Assembly: GCA_016928295.1 (NCBI GenBank)
Contig: JAFGLA010000045.1
Span: forward strand, 5,819-37,818
Length of the DNA stretch: 32,000 nucleotides
Direction of reading: 5' to 3'
Source: Opitutales bacterium
GTDB taxonomy: Bacteria; Verrucomicrobiota; Verrucomicrobiia; Opitutales; Oceanipulchritudinaceae
Position 1 is the first letter of the stretch. Each line of letters opens with the position of its first letter. The position numbers and the translations under genes were made by a program. The notes beneath the pieces were generated by a model that had not been told where the DNA came from, searched no databases, and worked only from the letters and a program-made list of their open reading frames with translations. This document shows positions 1-8,132 of this stretch, in pieces.

Positions 1-404
1 CCGGTGCGCACAACACAAAAATCTACTCTCTCGAAGGCAAGTTCAGCGGCATAACCCTTGCCGACGGCATGTATCGCAATCAGGCCGAAGGTCTCGCCAT
101 GCTATACGCCGACCCGAAGGAAAGCCGCTGGCAGGAAGCCGGCATCGCAGGCCGCACGTATTACTTCCTCACCGATCAGGGAGAGAAGGAAAACTACTAC
201 CACATATACGATGCAGACAGCCTCTCCTACCTCGGCAGCGTGGAGCTTGAAGGAACGCTCAACACCGACGGCGTATGGCTCGACCCATCGGAAAGCGACA
301 TCTTCCCCCTCGGCGCGTTCTACGCCGTGGACGACGACTGCCGCGTAGCCGCCGCCGACATAAGGAAGTTTCTGGACATCCTGCGAGTGAAAGCCAGCCA
401 GTAA
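1..404 (+). CDS. C-terminal part of a beta-propeller phytase-like (BPP-type) protein; the 5' end lies outside the window
   Basis: Frame 3 is open from nt 3 to the TAA at 402-404; the ORF track only shows it from the Met at 69. The tail AEGLAMLYAD..GRTYYFLTDQGEKENYYHIYD..LNTDGVWLDP..FPLGAFYAVDDD recalls the last blades of Bacillus-type beta-propeller phytases (EGL..YY..G.GYL..SQG..Y.IY...TDG....P.G.FVAQD). A hairpin terminator follows. The product call is from memory of the family. Confidence 0.5.
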   Translation, partial: GAHNTKIYSLEGKFSGITLADGMYRNQAEGLAMLYADPKESRWQEAGIAGRTYYFLTDQGEKENYYHIYDADSLSYLGSVELEGTLNTDGVWLDPSESDIFPLGAFYAVDDDCRVAAADIRKFLDILRVKASQ

Positions 405-433
405 GCCAATTACATAGAACGATATCTTCATTC

Positions 434-474
434 AAAACAAAAAGGGCGACCACATACCGTGGCCGCCCTTTTAA
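434..474. terminator. Bidirectional Rho-independent terminator between convergent genes
   Basis: Stem GGGCGACCAC (444-453) pairs with GTGGCCGCCC (459-468): 9 of 10 bp, 5-nt loop. It is flanked by an A-tract (caaaacaaaaa, 434-443) and TTTT (469-472), so a T-run follows the hairpin on both strands and is stronger on the minus strand. Confidence 0.7.
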
Positions 475-478
475 ATGG

Positions 479-638
479 GGAGCGTCTGACAATTTGCGGA
501 CCGAGAATGCAGGATGTATTTTCGAGATATAAATCTGGACATGAAGCGAGGCGAATCGGGATTCCCGGAGCTGAATGCACTGGTTTTTAGCCGAAAAGAC
601 ACCCGTATTCCGACGGAAGTCGAATTGTCAGGCGCTCC
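479..638. repeat. 160-bp single-axis imperfect palindrome (long hairpin / MITE-like element) in the 3' region of the 653-3463 gene
   Basis: Closing helix 479-496 (GGAGCGTCTGACAATTTG) pairs with 621-638 (CGAATTGTCAGGCGCTCC): 16 Watson-Crick plus 2 T.G over 18 positions. Further on-axis blocks are 512-524/592-604 (11 of 13), 526-537/580-591, 540-547/570-577 and apex 553-556/561-564 with loop CGGG. All share the symmetry axis ~558.5. Confidence 0.6.
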
Positions 639-652
639 ACAAGCCCCGTCTG

Positions 653-3463
653 CTACTCGGCAAGCGGCTGGGTAATGGCGAAGCGCACCTTGAACCTGTT
701 GCCGAACGCCTCCATAAGCGACTGCTCGATATCACCCTTCAAGGTAAGACTGATGTCCACCGGAAGGCTGTCCGAATCCGCCCCTTCACCCACAAGGCGA
801 ATGAATACGGGCTTTTCGGAATCCGCCTTGGTCTCAAGAGAAAACTCCTTGATCACCATGTTCCGCAGCGTGTTTTCGGTGCGGCGGCGCACCATATCGT
901 CCATCTGCCCCATGCTCTGGACCAGCTCCTCGGCATTCTCCATGCCAAGACGCGCCGGAACGGACCTGTCCAAACTGATGCTGCTTGGGTAAACGACAAG
1001 CTCGCCGTTTTGCCACTTCATGCTGAGAGTTCCGTCAATACGGCCCGAAATGCTCCCCTTGAACGCAGAGAACAGCTCCACCACCTGAGCAGCCAGAACA
1101 TCCTCCAACTGCGCGGAAAAGCTGATGGCACCGTCGTTTGATGAGTGGAAGTTGGTCAAAGTTATGCTGCCACCAAAAAAGCTGGCCTTGGCGGCTTTGA
1201 CACTCAGCCCGCTCTCGGCATCAAAGCTCAAAGAAAAATCAAGCCCGCTGGCCTTTACCTTGCCAATGGCAAGACTCGCCGCCTTCACGCTATCCGCTAC
1301 GACGACGAACGAATCCTTGTCCATGGCAGCCTTGACGCCCGCCTCAATGCCATCGACCGAAAGACCGGTCGAAGCGGATGAAAGACTCGTCGAACGCACA
1401 TCAAACTCAAAGTCAGCATCAGGCCGGAACGCGCATACTCCGGCCAAGCACGCCAAAATGCTGCTGTATTCAACCTTCGCCCCACCTTTAAGCGTCATGT
1501 TGCCACTAAGAACGAAGTCCCCGACTGACATGCTTCTGATAGGCAAGGCCCTGACCAGCTCCAGACGCAGTACGGTACCAACCTCCGCCTCCCTGCTGCT
1601 GCCAAAGGAAAGGTCCATCAAAGCTGTCGATATGGAAAAAGTATCGGGAATGGACAGCGAAACACCATCCGAACGCAGCGTCAGGGCCGAATCAAAAGAC
1701 CCGTCCTCGGTGGGCCTAAGACTCATGGACAGGTCTCCCCTGCCCGAAACGCCTTCAGCAAGGCCGAACGCCGCGCCAAGCGCCGCAAAGTCCAGCCCAG
1801 TGCAAGTCATGTCAATGGGGGACACGGGCTTGAAAGTGCCATTCAAATCCAGAGTGCCGCGTATTTCGCCCATTATCAGCCTGCCCCCGTAGAGCATGGC
1901 CGTAATCGAACCAAGACCGACACGCCCCGGGTAGGACATGTGACAGGGCCATACCTGCACATCATCGAGGCGCAACATGCCTACATCAGCCGAAGCGGCC
2001 TTGATTCCCTCCGGCAGCTCAAGCGCAAAGCCGCTTGCGATACTGGAGATACGTGCATTGCGCACCATTATGCCCTCAAGACTCACGGGGAACCGGGGAT
2101 CGGGCACCCGTGCAAAAGCGTTGTCCGCGCTTATGCGGCCGGACGCGGAAAAGCCACCCGCAGTAAGACCACCGGCGGATATGAACAAGTCCGCATCAAT
2201 GGCTCCGCCGATTGTAAGCCCGTCCATCATCTTGGGCAGCCAGCCATCGGGGAACTGCACAGGCTCTATCTCGCTGCGCGGCAAGGCAATGTCCACAAAC
2301 ACCCCGTCCAGCGAAGCGGGAGCGGAAACGGCCATGTTAAGCTCCCTCGGGAACCAGCCGGGTTTGAAAGAGCCGCGAATCGAGTAATCTCCCCCGCCCT
2401 CGGGCAGGAAAGCCGTTCCCTTTATATATTCCAGAAGCATGTAGCCGCTGACGCTGCCCACGGGCACGTCCTGCGCCTGAAGCTGAATGCTGCGAATGTC
2501 CGTTGCAGAAAATGACGGGTGGAAAGGCCCGACGGTAACATCGCCGGATTTCACGATCAAATCGCCCTCGGCGGCAGCCTTCTCAAGCCCCTCGGCATTG
2601 CCCGTCACGCCAGCTCGCAAATCCTCCGCCGCGATAATGAAGCGCCCCTGCTCGTATTGAAACCAAGGCTGGGAAACAATGCCCACCCACTTGCCAGGCT
2701 CCTGCCCCATCTGCTCCAGCAAAACCTGAAACACCAGCGGAGCGGCCTGCATGGACACATCCTCGCCGATTGCAAAGCCGCTCTTCTTCCCACAGTCCAA
2801 AAGCCAGCCGAAAAGATCCACGCTGCCCTCTGCGTTAATGACATCCTTGCCCCCCTGCCCTTCGACAGTAAGAAGGAGCTGGTCACCGTTGTCCGCACTC
2901 GCGCTGACAGTAGCCGAGCGAACGCCAGCCGAAGGCTGCCTTACAAGAGCGTCGATGCGCACATCGTGGACATGCTCTCCGGCGGAAATGCCAAGGCGGG
3001 CATCGCGGATCATGACGCTGCTTACCGGAAGCATGTCCATCGCAGGCGCGAGCATGAAAGGCAGCTCGAAAACGCCGTGTGCGGAAGCCTCTCCAGCGGG
3101 CGCGCTCATAATCTCGTTAAGATCCAGACGCATACGCGCCGAATCCAGCGTGAGAGCGTCGATACGCGAGCCGCTCAACAGGTCCGTCGGAACGTAGCTG
3201 CTCTCCACGCGCCCCTCGTCCATGTTGAAGGCACCGGAGCTGAAGGACAACTTGTCAAAACCCGCGTAAAAGGGGCCGACAGCGTCCACATCGACAGACA
3301 CATCCCTGAAGCCGACCTTTTCCATCCTGCCCTTGAGGATGCCGGCCACCATGCCCGGAATTACAAAAACGCAAAATACCAATACCAAAATGACTGCCGC
3401 AACGCATACGATTGCGATGCGAGTCTTCTTTTTGGAACGCAGGGGCTTATCTTGTTCGCTCAT
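653..3463 (-). CDS. Large membrane-anchored AsmA-like / YdbH-family protein (putative intermembrane lipid-transfer protein)
   Basis: 936-codon ORF with ATG at 3463. It has a basic N-terminus and one TM helix (IAIVCVAAVILVLVFCVFVIPGMVAGIL), then a long Gly/Ser/Ala/Asp-rich beta-type body. Size, topology and the C-terminal block (GSISGRIDGTLSMKW...LRNMVIKEFSLE...ISLTLKGDIE) resemble E. coli YdbH-type proteins. Family assignment is from memory only. Confidence 0.6.
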   Translation of the reverse strand: MSEQDKPLRSKKKTRIAIVCVAAVILVLVFCVFVIPGMVAGILKGRMEKVGFRDVSVDVDAVGPFYAGFDKLSFSSGAFNMDEGRVESSYVPTDLLSGSRIDALTLDSARMRLDLNEIMSAPAGEASAHGVFELPFMLAPAMDMLPVSSVMIRDARLGISAGEHVHDVRIDALVRQPSAGVRSATVSASADNGDQLLLTVEGQGGKDVINAEGSVDLFGWLLDCGKKSGFAIGEDVSMQAAPLVFQVLLEQMGQEPGKWVGIVSQPWFQYEQGRFIIAAEDLRAGVTGNAEGLEKAAAEGDLIVKSGDVTVGPFHPSFSATDIRSIQLQAQDVPVGSVSGYMLLEYIKGTAFLPEGGGDYSIRGSFKPGWFPRELNMAVSAPASLDGVFVDIALPRSEIEPVQFPDGWLPKMMDGLTIGGAIDADLFISAGGLTAGGFSASGRISADNAFARVPDPRFPVSLEGIMVRNARISSIASGFALELPEGIKAASADVGMLRLDDVQVWPCHMSYPGRVGLGSITAMLYGGRLIMGEIRGTLDLNGTFKPVSPIDMTCTGLDFAALGAAFGLAEGVSGRGDLSMSLRPTEDGSFDSALTLRSDGVSLSIPDTFSISTALMDLSFGSSREAEVGTVLRLELVRALPIRSMSVGDFVLSGNMTLKGGAKVEYSSILACLAGVCAFRPDADFEFDVRSTSLSSASTGLSVDGIEAGVKAAMDKDSFVVVADSVKAASLAIGKVKASGLDFSLSFDAESGLSVKAAKASFFGGSITLTNFHSSNDGAISFSAQLEDVLAAQVVELFSAFKGSISGRIDGTLSMKWQNGELVVYPSSISLDRSVPARLGMENAEELVQSMGQMDDMVRRRTENTLRNMVIKEFSLETKADSEKPVFIRLVGEGADSDSLPVDISLTLKGDIEQSLMEAFGNRFKVRFAITQPLAE

Positions 3464-3535
3464 CGTTCGGGAGCAGGGTTGCAGAAGGGAATACGTGAAT
3501 TATGGGGAAAAGGGAGAAGAAGTGGCGGAAAAGAA

Positions 3536-4339
3536 TCAAAGCGTCGGGGCGGGGATGTCAGCCTCTGCTTTCTTCGCCGCATCGACAAGCTCCTTGGGCG
3601 GATCGAAGAAACAATGCAAAAGGCCGATATTCATCTGCACGTCCTTAACCTCGACGACGTTGCCTGAAGAGCCGTCGGGCAACACCTCGCGCTGCACTCC
3701 CGGGAACCATATGCCGTCCTGCCTGAAAGGCTTTTCGACAATGCTTTCAGTCTCCGTTCCGTCAGCATCGCGTTCGCGCACGCGCACCTCGCACAAAGAT
3801 ACAGCATCCAACCAGTAGTCGCATACAAAACCAGTAGCGGCAAAGCTGGCCCTTACGTGGTAAAGCTCCCTGCTCCCGTCTCGCTCGATGGGAAGCATCT
3901 CCAAAGTGGCGCCGCATCCTTCAGGATCTGCAAGCACCCATTCAAAAACGTCCCTCGGCACCTTGGAGATAAAGGAGTAACGCTCGTCCCCGTTCGGAAA
4001 GCTGACATGTTCCCATGCCTGAGTGCCGTTAAAACCCTTGCTTATGATGACACCGTTGTTGCTGTGCCAGGAGGTGCGAATGAAATTCGGCTTCTGCTTG
4101 ATGAAAATCATCGTCCCGCTCTGCCCGTCGGCGGTGCTGAGCACAGCCTCGACGCGAAGGCTGCGAACCGAGTTTATCGTCTCCCGTCCGCCGTTAGCGG
4201 CGCAATAGCGCTCAAGAAGCTCGTCAAGATTGCGCGCCAAAGACTGCTCCCTAGCCGCAACATCCTGCGCTTGCGCGGACATTGGCAAAAACAGGGAGCT
4301 GGCGAGCAAAAAGCAAAGCAAGGGCAGGGGGCTTTTCAT
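3536..4339 (-). CDS. Secreted hypothetical protein, possibly with a LolA-like / lipoprotein-sorting fold
   Basis: The ORF-track start (4426) is a GTG. The first ATG (4339) gives a classical signal peptide, MKSPLPLLCFLLASSLFLPMSAQA/QD. The mature ~240 aa part has a pattern (GGRETINSVRSL..G....IFIKQKPNF.R....NG....GFNGTQAWE) reminiscent of outer-membrane lipoprotein-sorting (LolA-like) proteins. Function is uncertain. Confidence 0.55.
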   Translation of the reverse strand: MKSPLPLLCFLLASSLFLPMSAQAQDVAAREQSLARNLDELLERYCAANGGRETINSVRSLRVEAVLSTADGQSGTMIFIKQKPNFIRTSWHSNNGVIISKGFNGTQAWEHVSFPNGDERYSFISKVPRDVFEWVLADPEGCGATLEMLPIERDGSRELYHVRASFAATGFVCDYWLDAVSLCEVRVRERDADGTETESIVEKPFRQDGIWFPGVQREVLPDGSSGNVVEVKDVQMNIGLLHCFFDPPKELVDAAKKAEADIPAPTL

Positions 4340-4617
4340 CGGAATTATGATTGTAACGATGCAATAGCTCTGCGCAACGCATAAACGCATACATTGTAAA
4401 AAGTATGTCAGGTGCGAAAGGGACACGAAAAAGCGTAACGCCCTAGCAAAGAGTCAAAGGCAGATTCCATCAGTGCATAACGGTGTTTGCTAATTCAATA
4501 CCCGTTGCCTTTCCGTGATGGTTGCTTGACATACGCCCCATTGCCTGAATTGTGTCCAAATCCACGCAAAGGCGACAAACCGAACTTGGTAGTATTACTT
4601 TTTCAAGACAAAAGACA

Positions 4618-5619
4618 ATGACCCCTTCCACGGAGCCATCAGTAATAATCAAGGGCCTTGGCTCTTACACGCCTGAACGGGTTCTCACCAACGAGGATCT
4701 GTCCCACATGGTCGATACTTCCGACGAGTGGATACGCACGCGCACGGGCATTCGCGAACGTCACATCGCCGCCCCGGACGAAGCGACCTCGGACATGGGC
4801 GCCAAAGCAGCAAAGGCAGCCCTCAAAGACGCCAACATGAGCGCGGAGGAAATCGACCTCATAATCGTCGCCACGATAACGCCCGACATGCCCTTCCCCT
4901 CCACGGCCTGCTTTGTGCAGAACAAGCTGGGCGTAAAAAACATCCCCGCATTCGACATAACGGCGGCCTGCTCGGGCTTTCTCTACGCGCTGGAGGTAGC
5001 CAGCGGAATGTTGCGTTCTGGCGCTTACAAGAACATCCTCGTAATCGGCGCCGAAAAACTCTCTGCGATAACCAACTGGGAAGACCGCACAACCTGCGTC
5101 CTCTTTGGCGACGGCGCAGGCGCAGCCATACTCGGTCGCTGCGACGAACCCGGCTGCGGAATCCTCGGCGGAACGCTAGGAGCGGACGGGCAGGACTACT
5201 CCATTCTTTACCTCCCCGCCGGAGGCAGTGCAAAACCCGCCTCGCACGCCACGGTGGACGCGGGAGAGCATTTCCTGCAAATGCAGGGCAACTCCGTTTT
5301 CAAAATTGCTGTAAGAGCGATGGAACAAAGTGCAAACTCCATCCTCGAAAGACATGGCGTTACCCCTGACCAGATTGCGTGGGTCATCCCGCATCAGGCC
5401 AATAACCGAATCATCGAAGCCATCTCCCAGCGCCTCGGAATCGGGATGGACAGGTTCTGGGTAAATCTTGACAGCTATGGCAATACATCCTCAGCGTCCA
5501 TCCCGTTAGCCCTCGACGAAGCATACAAAGCAGGAAAAATCAAAAAAGATGACTATCTGCTCTTCGTATCCTTCGGAGCCGGCTTGACCTGGGCTTCCAC
5601 GCTGATTAAGTGGCATTAA
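4618..5619 (+). CDS. fabH: 3-oxoacyl-[ACP] synthase III (KAS III)
   Basis: [39 protein letters not shown] is the textbook FabH N-terminus. Active-site Cys context [14 protein letters not shown]; HQAN and GNTSSASIP motifs present. The start is trimmed to the ATG at 4618 because the track start at 4552 is a GTG. Confidence 0.93.
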   Translation: MTPSTEPSVIIKGLGSYTPERVLTNEDLSHMVDTSDEWIRTRTGIRERHIAAPDEATSDMGAKAAKAALKDANMSAEEIDLIIVATITPDMPFPSTACFVQNKLGVKNIPAFDITAACSGFLYALEVASGMLRSGAYKNILVIGAEKLSAITNWEDRTTCVLFGDGAGAAILGRCDEPGCGILGGTLGADGQDYSILYLPAGGSAKPASHATVDAGEHFLQMQGNSVFKIAVRAMEQSANSILERHGVTPDQIAWVIPHQANNRIIEAISQRLGIGMDRFWVNLDSYGNTSSASIPLALDEAYKAGKIKKDDYLLFVSFGAGLTWASTLIKWH

Positions 5620-5624
5620 TACAC

Positions 5625-6716
5625 ATGTTCCGAAAAATCCCGGCTTTCCTCTCTCTGGCCATCGCGGCCATGCTCCTACCCTGCAACGCGCATGCCCTTC
5701 TCTGGGGCCTGCTTGGCAACGACGACCAGTGGCGCACGCAAGACCCGCGCTTCCAGTCCGAACAGGCAAGTCCCCTAATGGACAAAGCCCGGGAGCTGGA
5801 ACAGGACGGACGCCTTTCAAGCGCACGCTCGATGTATGAAAAGGTGTGGAAGAAATACCCCGCCTCCGATTCTGCCGCCGAGGCGCTATACCACTCCGGC
5901 AAAATCAGCATGAAAATGCACAAGTGGAAGGCCGCGCTCAAGGCCTACAACGTGCTCGTGCAAGCCTACCCGGAATCCAGTCACTTCAACGACGTCATTT
6001 CCGACTACTTTGAAATCGCAGGCGCTTACGAAGAAGGCCGCGACATCCACTACCTCTGGTTCTTCAAATACAAGGACAAGTCCAAGGCAGTGCAGGTGTA
6101 TGAAACCATCGTTCAAGTGGCCCCCTACAGCGACTACGCGCCGATCTCGCTCATGCGCGTAGCGATGCTCCACAGGCGAGACCGCCTAAGAGTGCAAGCC
6201 ATCGACACGCTGGACCGCATCATCAACAACTACCCCAACAGCATGACTGCGGCGGACGCCACCCTGCTGCTTGCGGACTTTCTATCCATGGAAGTTGACG
6301 GCCCCGAATACGATCAGGGAGCCACGCGCGAGTCCATGAGCTACTACCGCGACTTTACTACACTTTACCCGAACAACCCCGCCATCAAGGAGGCCGAGGA
6401 AGGCATCGCGCGCAATCGCGAAACCTACGCCCAAAGCAAGCTCATACTCGGCGAGTTTTTCTTCAATTACCGCGACGATTACAGCTCTGCGGCAGTGTTC
6501 TTCAACGACACAATCACGATCGCGCCCGAGTCCAAGTCTGCCGACAAGGCCCGTGAATACATCGCGATAATCGACCAGATCAAAGAACGCTTCCCCGACG
6601 AAAGCTGGCCGGTGCGCAAAGACTGGCAGTATCTGTTCTTCTGGCGCAAGTGGGATCCGCTCTCCATGCCCGCGCCCGAGCCCAAGGAAGCTCCAGCCGA
6701 AACGGCAGCCAAGTAG
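5625..6716 (+). CDS. bamD: BamD/YfiO-like TPR outer-membrane assembly factor
   Basis: Signal peptide MFRKIPAFLSLAIAAMLLPCNAHA. Repeated TPR-like units each end in '..YP.S..' (KKYPASDSAAEALY, QAYPESSHFNDV, QVAPYSDYAPISL, NNYPNSMTAADA, TLYPNNPAIKEA), as in BamD. It lies directly upstream of an LptE-like lipoprotein gene. The ATG at 5625 is preferred over the GTG at 5610, which overlaps fabH. Confidence 0.65.
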   Translation: MFRKIPAFLSLAIAAMLLPCNAHALLWGLLGNDDQWRTQDPRFQSEQASPLMDKARELEQDGRLSSARSMYEKVWKKYPASDSAAEALYHSGKISMKMHKWKAALKAYNVLVQAYPESSHFNDVISDYFEIAGAYEEGRDIHYLWFFKYKDKSKAVQVYETIVQVAPYSDYAPISLMRVAMLHRRDRLRVQAIDTLDRIINNYPNSMTAADATLLLADFLSMEVDGPEYDQGATRESMSYYRDFTTLYPNNPAIKEAEEGIARNRETYAQSKLILGEFFFNYRDDYSSAAVFFNDTITIAPESKSADKAREYIAIIDQIKERFPDESWPVRKDWQYLFFWRKWDPLSMPAPEPKEAPAETAAK

Positions 6717-6769
6717 CCGGTCCGCGCCATAAAAACGAAAGCCACCCTTTCAATTCCCCCACAAGGACA

Positions 6770-7342
6770 ATGCGCCCATCAATAATTGCAGCCCTAATAG
6801 TGACAGGCACGACGCTCTTTTGCGGCTGCGCCTCGTACAAACCCGGCGCAGGCGCGCAGGGCACGGTGCAAAGCATCTGGGTGGCACCAGCGGTCAACAA
6901 CTCCTACATGCCGCAGATAGCTACGCTTGTTAGCGAGCACGTGCGCGAAAGCTTCCTCTCTGACAACCTCGTGCGCCTCGTCCGCAAGGACGCAGCCGAC
7001 GCGAAGCTGGAAGTGACCATCCTTGCGGTATCTCGCGAGGGAAGAGCCGAAGGCGTGGGGATCATCAATCCAAACGGCCAGGGAAGCAGTGTTGACAAGG
7101 GGCTTTATCAGGCAATCGACGTTACAATAAGCGCGCGAGCAGTGCTGACAAGCAACGCGAACGGCGAAGTCCTCTTTGAACATACTTTCGAAACCAGCAC
7201 TCAGACAGTGCCCGACTTCTACATTTCATCCTCGGCAGACGCGGAACGAATGCTGATGCCGGTTCTAGCCCGCGACCTGGCACGACAGATACACGACGCA
7301 ATCGCTGCGCGCTGGGACGACGACAACACCGGCAATGAATAA
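6770..7342 (+). CDS. Small lipoprotein, LptE-like (putative LPS-assembly lipoprotein)
   Basis: The ATG at 6770 gives MRPSIIAALIVTGTTLFCGC/AS, a lipobox-like signal. The mature part (GTVQSIWVAPAVNNSYMPQIATLVSEHVRESFLSD..LVRKDAADAKLEVTIL) fits the LptE pattern (...V.PF.N.T..P.L...L...L......V.....AD..L...I). It is about 190 aa and adjacent to the BamD-like gene. The track start at 6650 is a GTG inside the bamD-like gene. Confidence 0.5.
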   Translation: MRPSIIAALIVTGTTLFCGCASYKPGAGAQGTVQSIWVAPAVNNSYMPQIATLVSEHVRESFLSDNLVRLVRKDAADAKLEVTILAVSREGRAEGVGIINPNGQGSSVDKGLYQAIDVTISARAVLTSNANGEVLFEHTFETSTQTVPDFYISSSADAERMLMPVLARDLARQIHDAIAARWDDDNTGNE

Positions 7343-8006
7343 CAGGGCTACGCCAGTTGTAACTCTGGCCCCATCTCTACTGGCCGGAGACCACGCCATG
7401 CTGGCACTCTCGGCAAAAGAAATAGCCGACACGGGCCTAAGCTGGGCGCATCTGGACATAATGGACGCCCACTTTGTGGACAACCTCACCTTCGGCCCGC
7501 AAATGCTCGCCGCCCTCAAAGCGCACGAGCCGGACCTGTTCTACGACACGCACCTGATGCTGGACGAGCCGTGGAAATACACGGAAAGCTTTGCAAAGGC
7601 TGGTGCCGGACTAATCAGCATTCACATCGAGCCCGCCTACGACCACCGTGCAGAGCTGAACCGCATCCGCGCCATGGGGCCGAAATGCGGCATAGTCCTC
7701 AACCCCGCGACCCCCGTCGAAGCCGTCATACCCGTTCTGGACGCGGTTGACTTGGTTCTCGTAATGAGCGTGCAGCCCGGGCGCGGCGGCCAGCCATTCC
7801 GCGAGGAAACCCTGCCCAAAATGCGCCGCTTGAAGGATCTGCGCGAAGAGATGGGCCTAAGCTACCGCATCGAAGTTGACGGCGGAGTGGACGCACGCAC
7901 AGCGCCCCTATGCATTGCCCACGGGACGGACACGCTCGTGGCAGGAACAGCCTTTTTCAAAGCAGAAGACAAGAAACTGTTCGCGCGAAACATCGGCGCA
8001 CTCTAG
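7335..8006 (+). CDS. rpe: Ribulose-phosphate 3-epimerase
   Basis: LAPSLLAGDHAMLALSAKEIADTGLSWAHLDIMDAHFVDNLTFGP...DTHLM...VLVMSVQPGRGGQ...IEVDGG: all canonical Rpe blocks are present. The ATG overlaps the preceding stop by 8 nt. Confidence 0.93.
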   Translation: MNNRATPVVTLAPSLLAGDHAMLALSAKEIADTGLSWAHLDIMDAHFVDNLTFGPQMLAALKAHEPDLFYDTHLMLDEPWKYTESFAKAGAGLISIHIEPAYDHRAELNRIRAMGPKCGIVLNPATPVEAVIPVLDAVDLVLVMSVQPGRGGQPFREETLPKMRRLKDLREEMGLSYRIEVDGGVDARTAPLCIAHGTDTLVAGTAFFKAEDKKLFARNIGAL

Positions 8007-8032
8007 TTTGTTTATAGCTTTGTAAACTGCAT

Positions 8033-8060
8033 TGGCCCCGCATAAACAGGGCCACGTTTT
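8033..8060 (+). terminator. Rho-independent terminator after rpe
   Basis: TGGCCC (8033-8038) pairs with GGGCCA (8049-8054), 10-nt loop, followed by CGTTTT (8055-8060). Confidence 0.5.
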
Positions 8061-8132
8061 CCGACAACGCACACCGCAAACCACTGCGAACGATCATTCG
8101 GAACGTCAGGCGTCTCCACCTCCCCCCACCCC

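Noticed and set aside
575-3667. Four long plus-strand ORFs (575-1141, 1125-1892, 1940-2515, 2519-3667) antisense to the 936-aa gene
   Set aside because: They are typical high-GC shadow ORFs: Arg/Ala/Pro/Ser/His-rich, with no recognisable motifs, tiling head-to-tail opposite one long coherent gene. The minus-strand frame has a proper ATG, a TM anchor and a family-like C-terminus.
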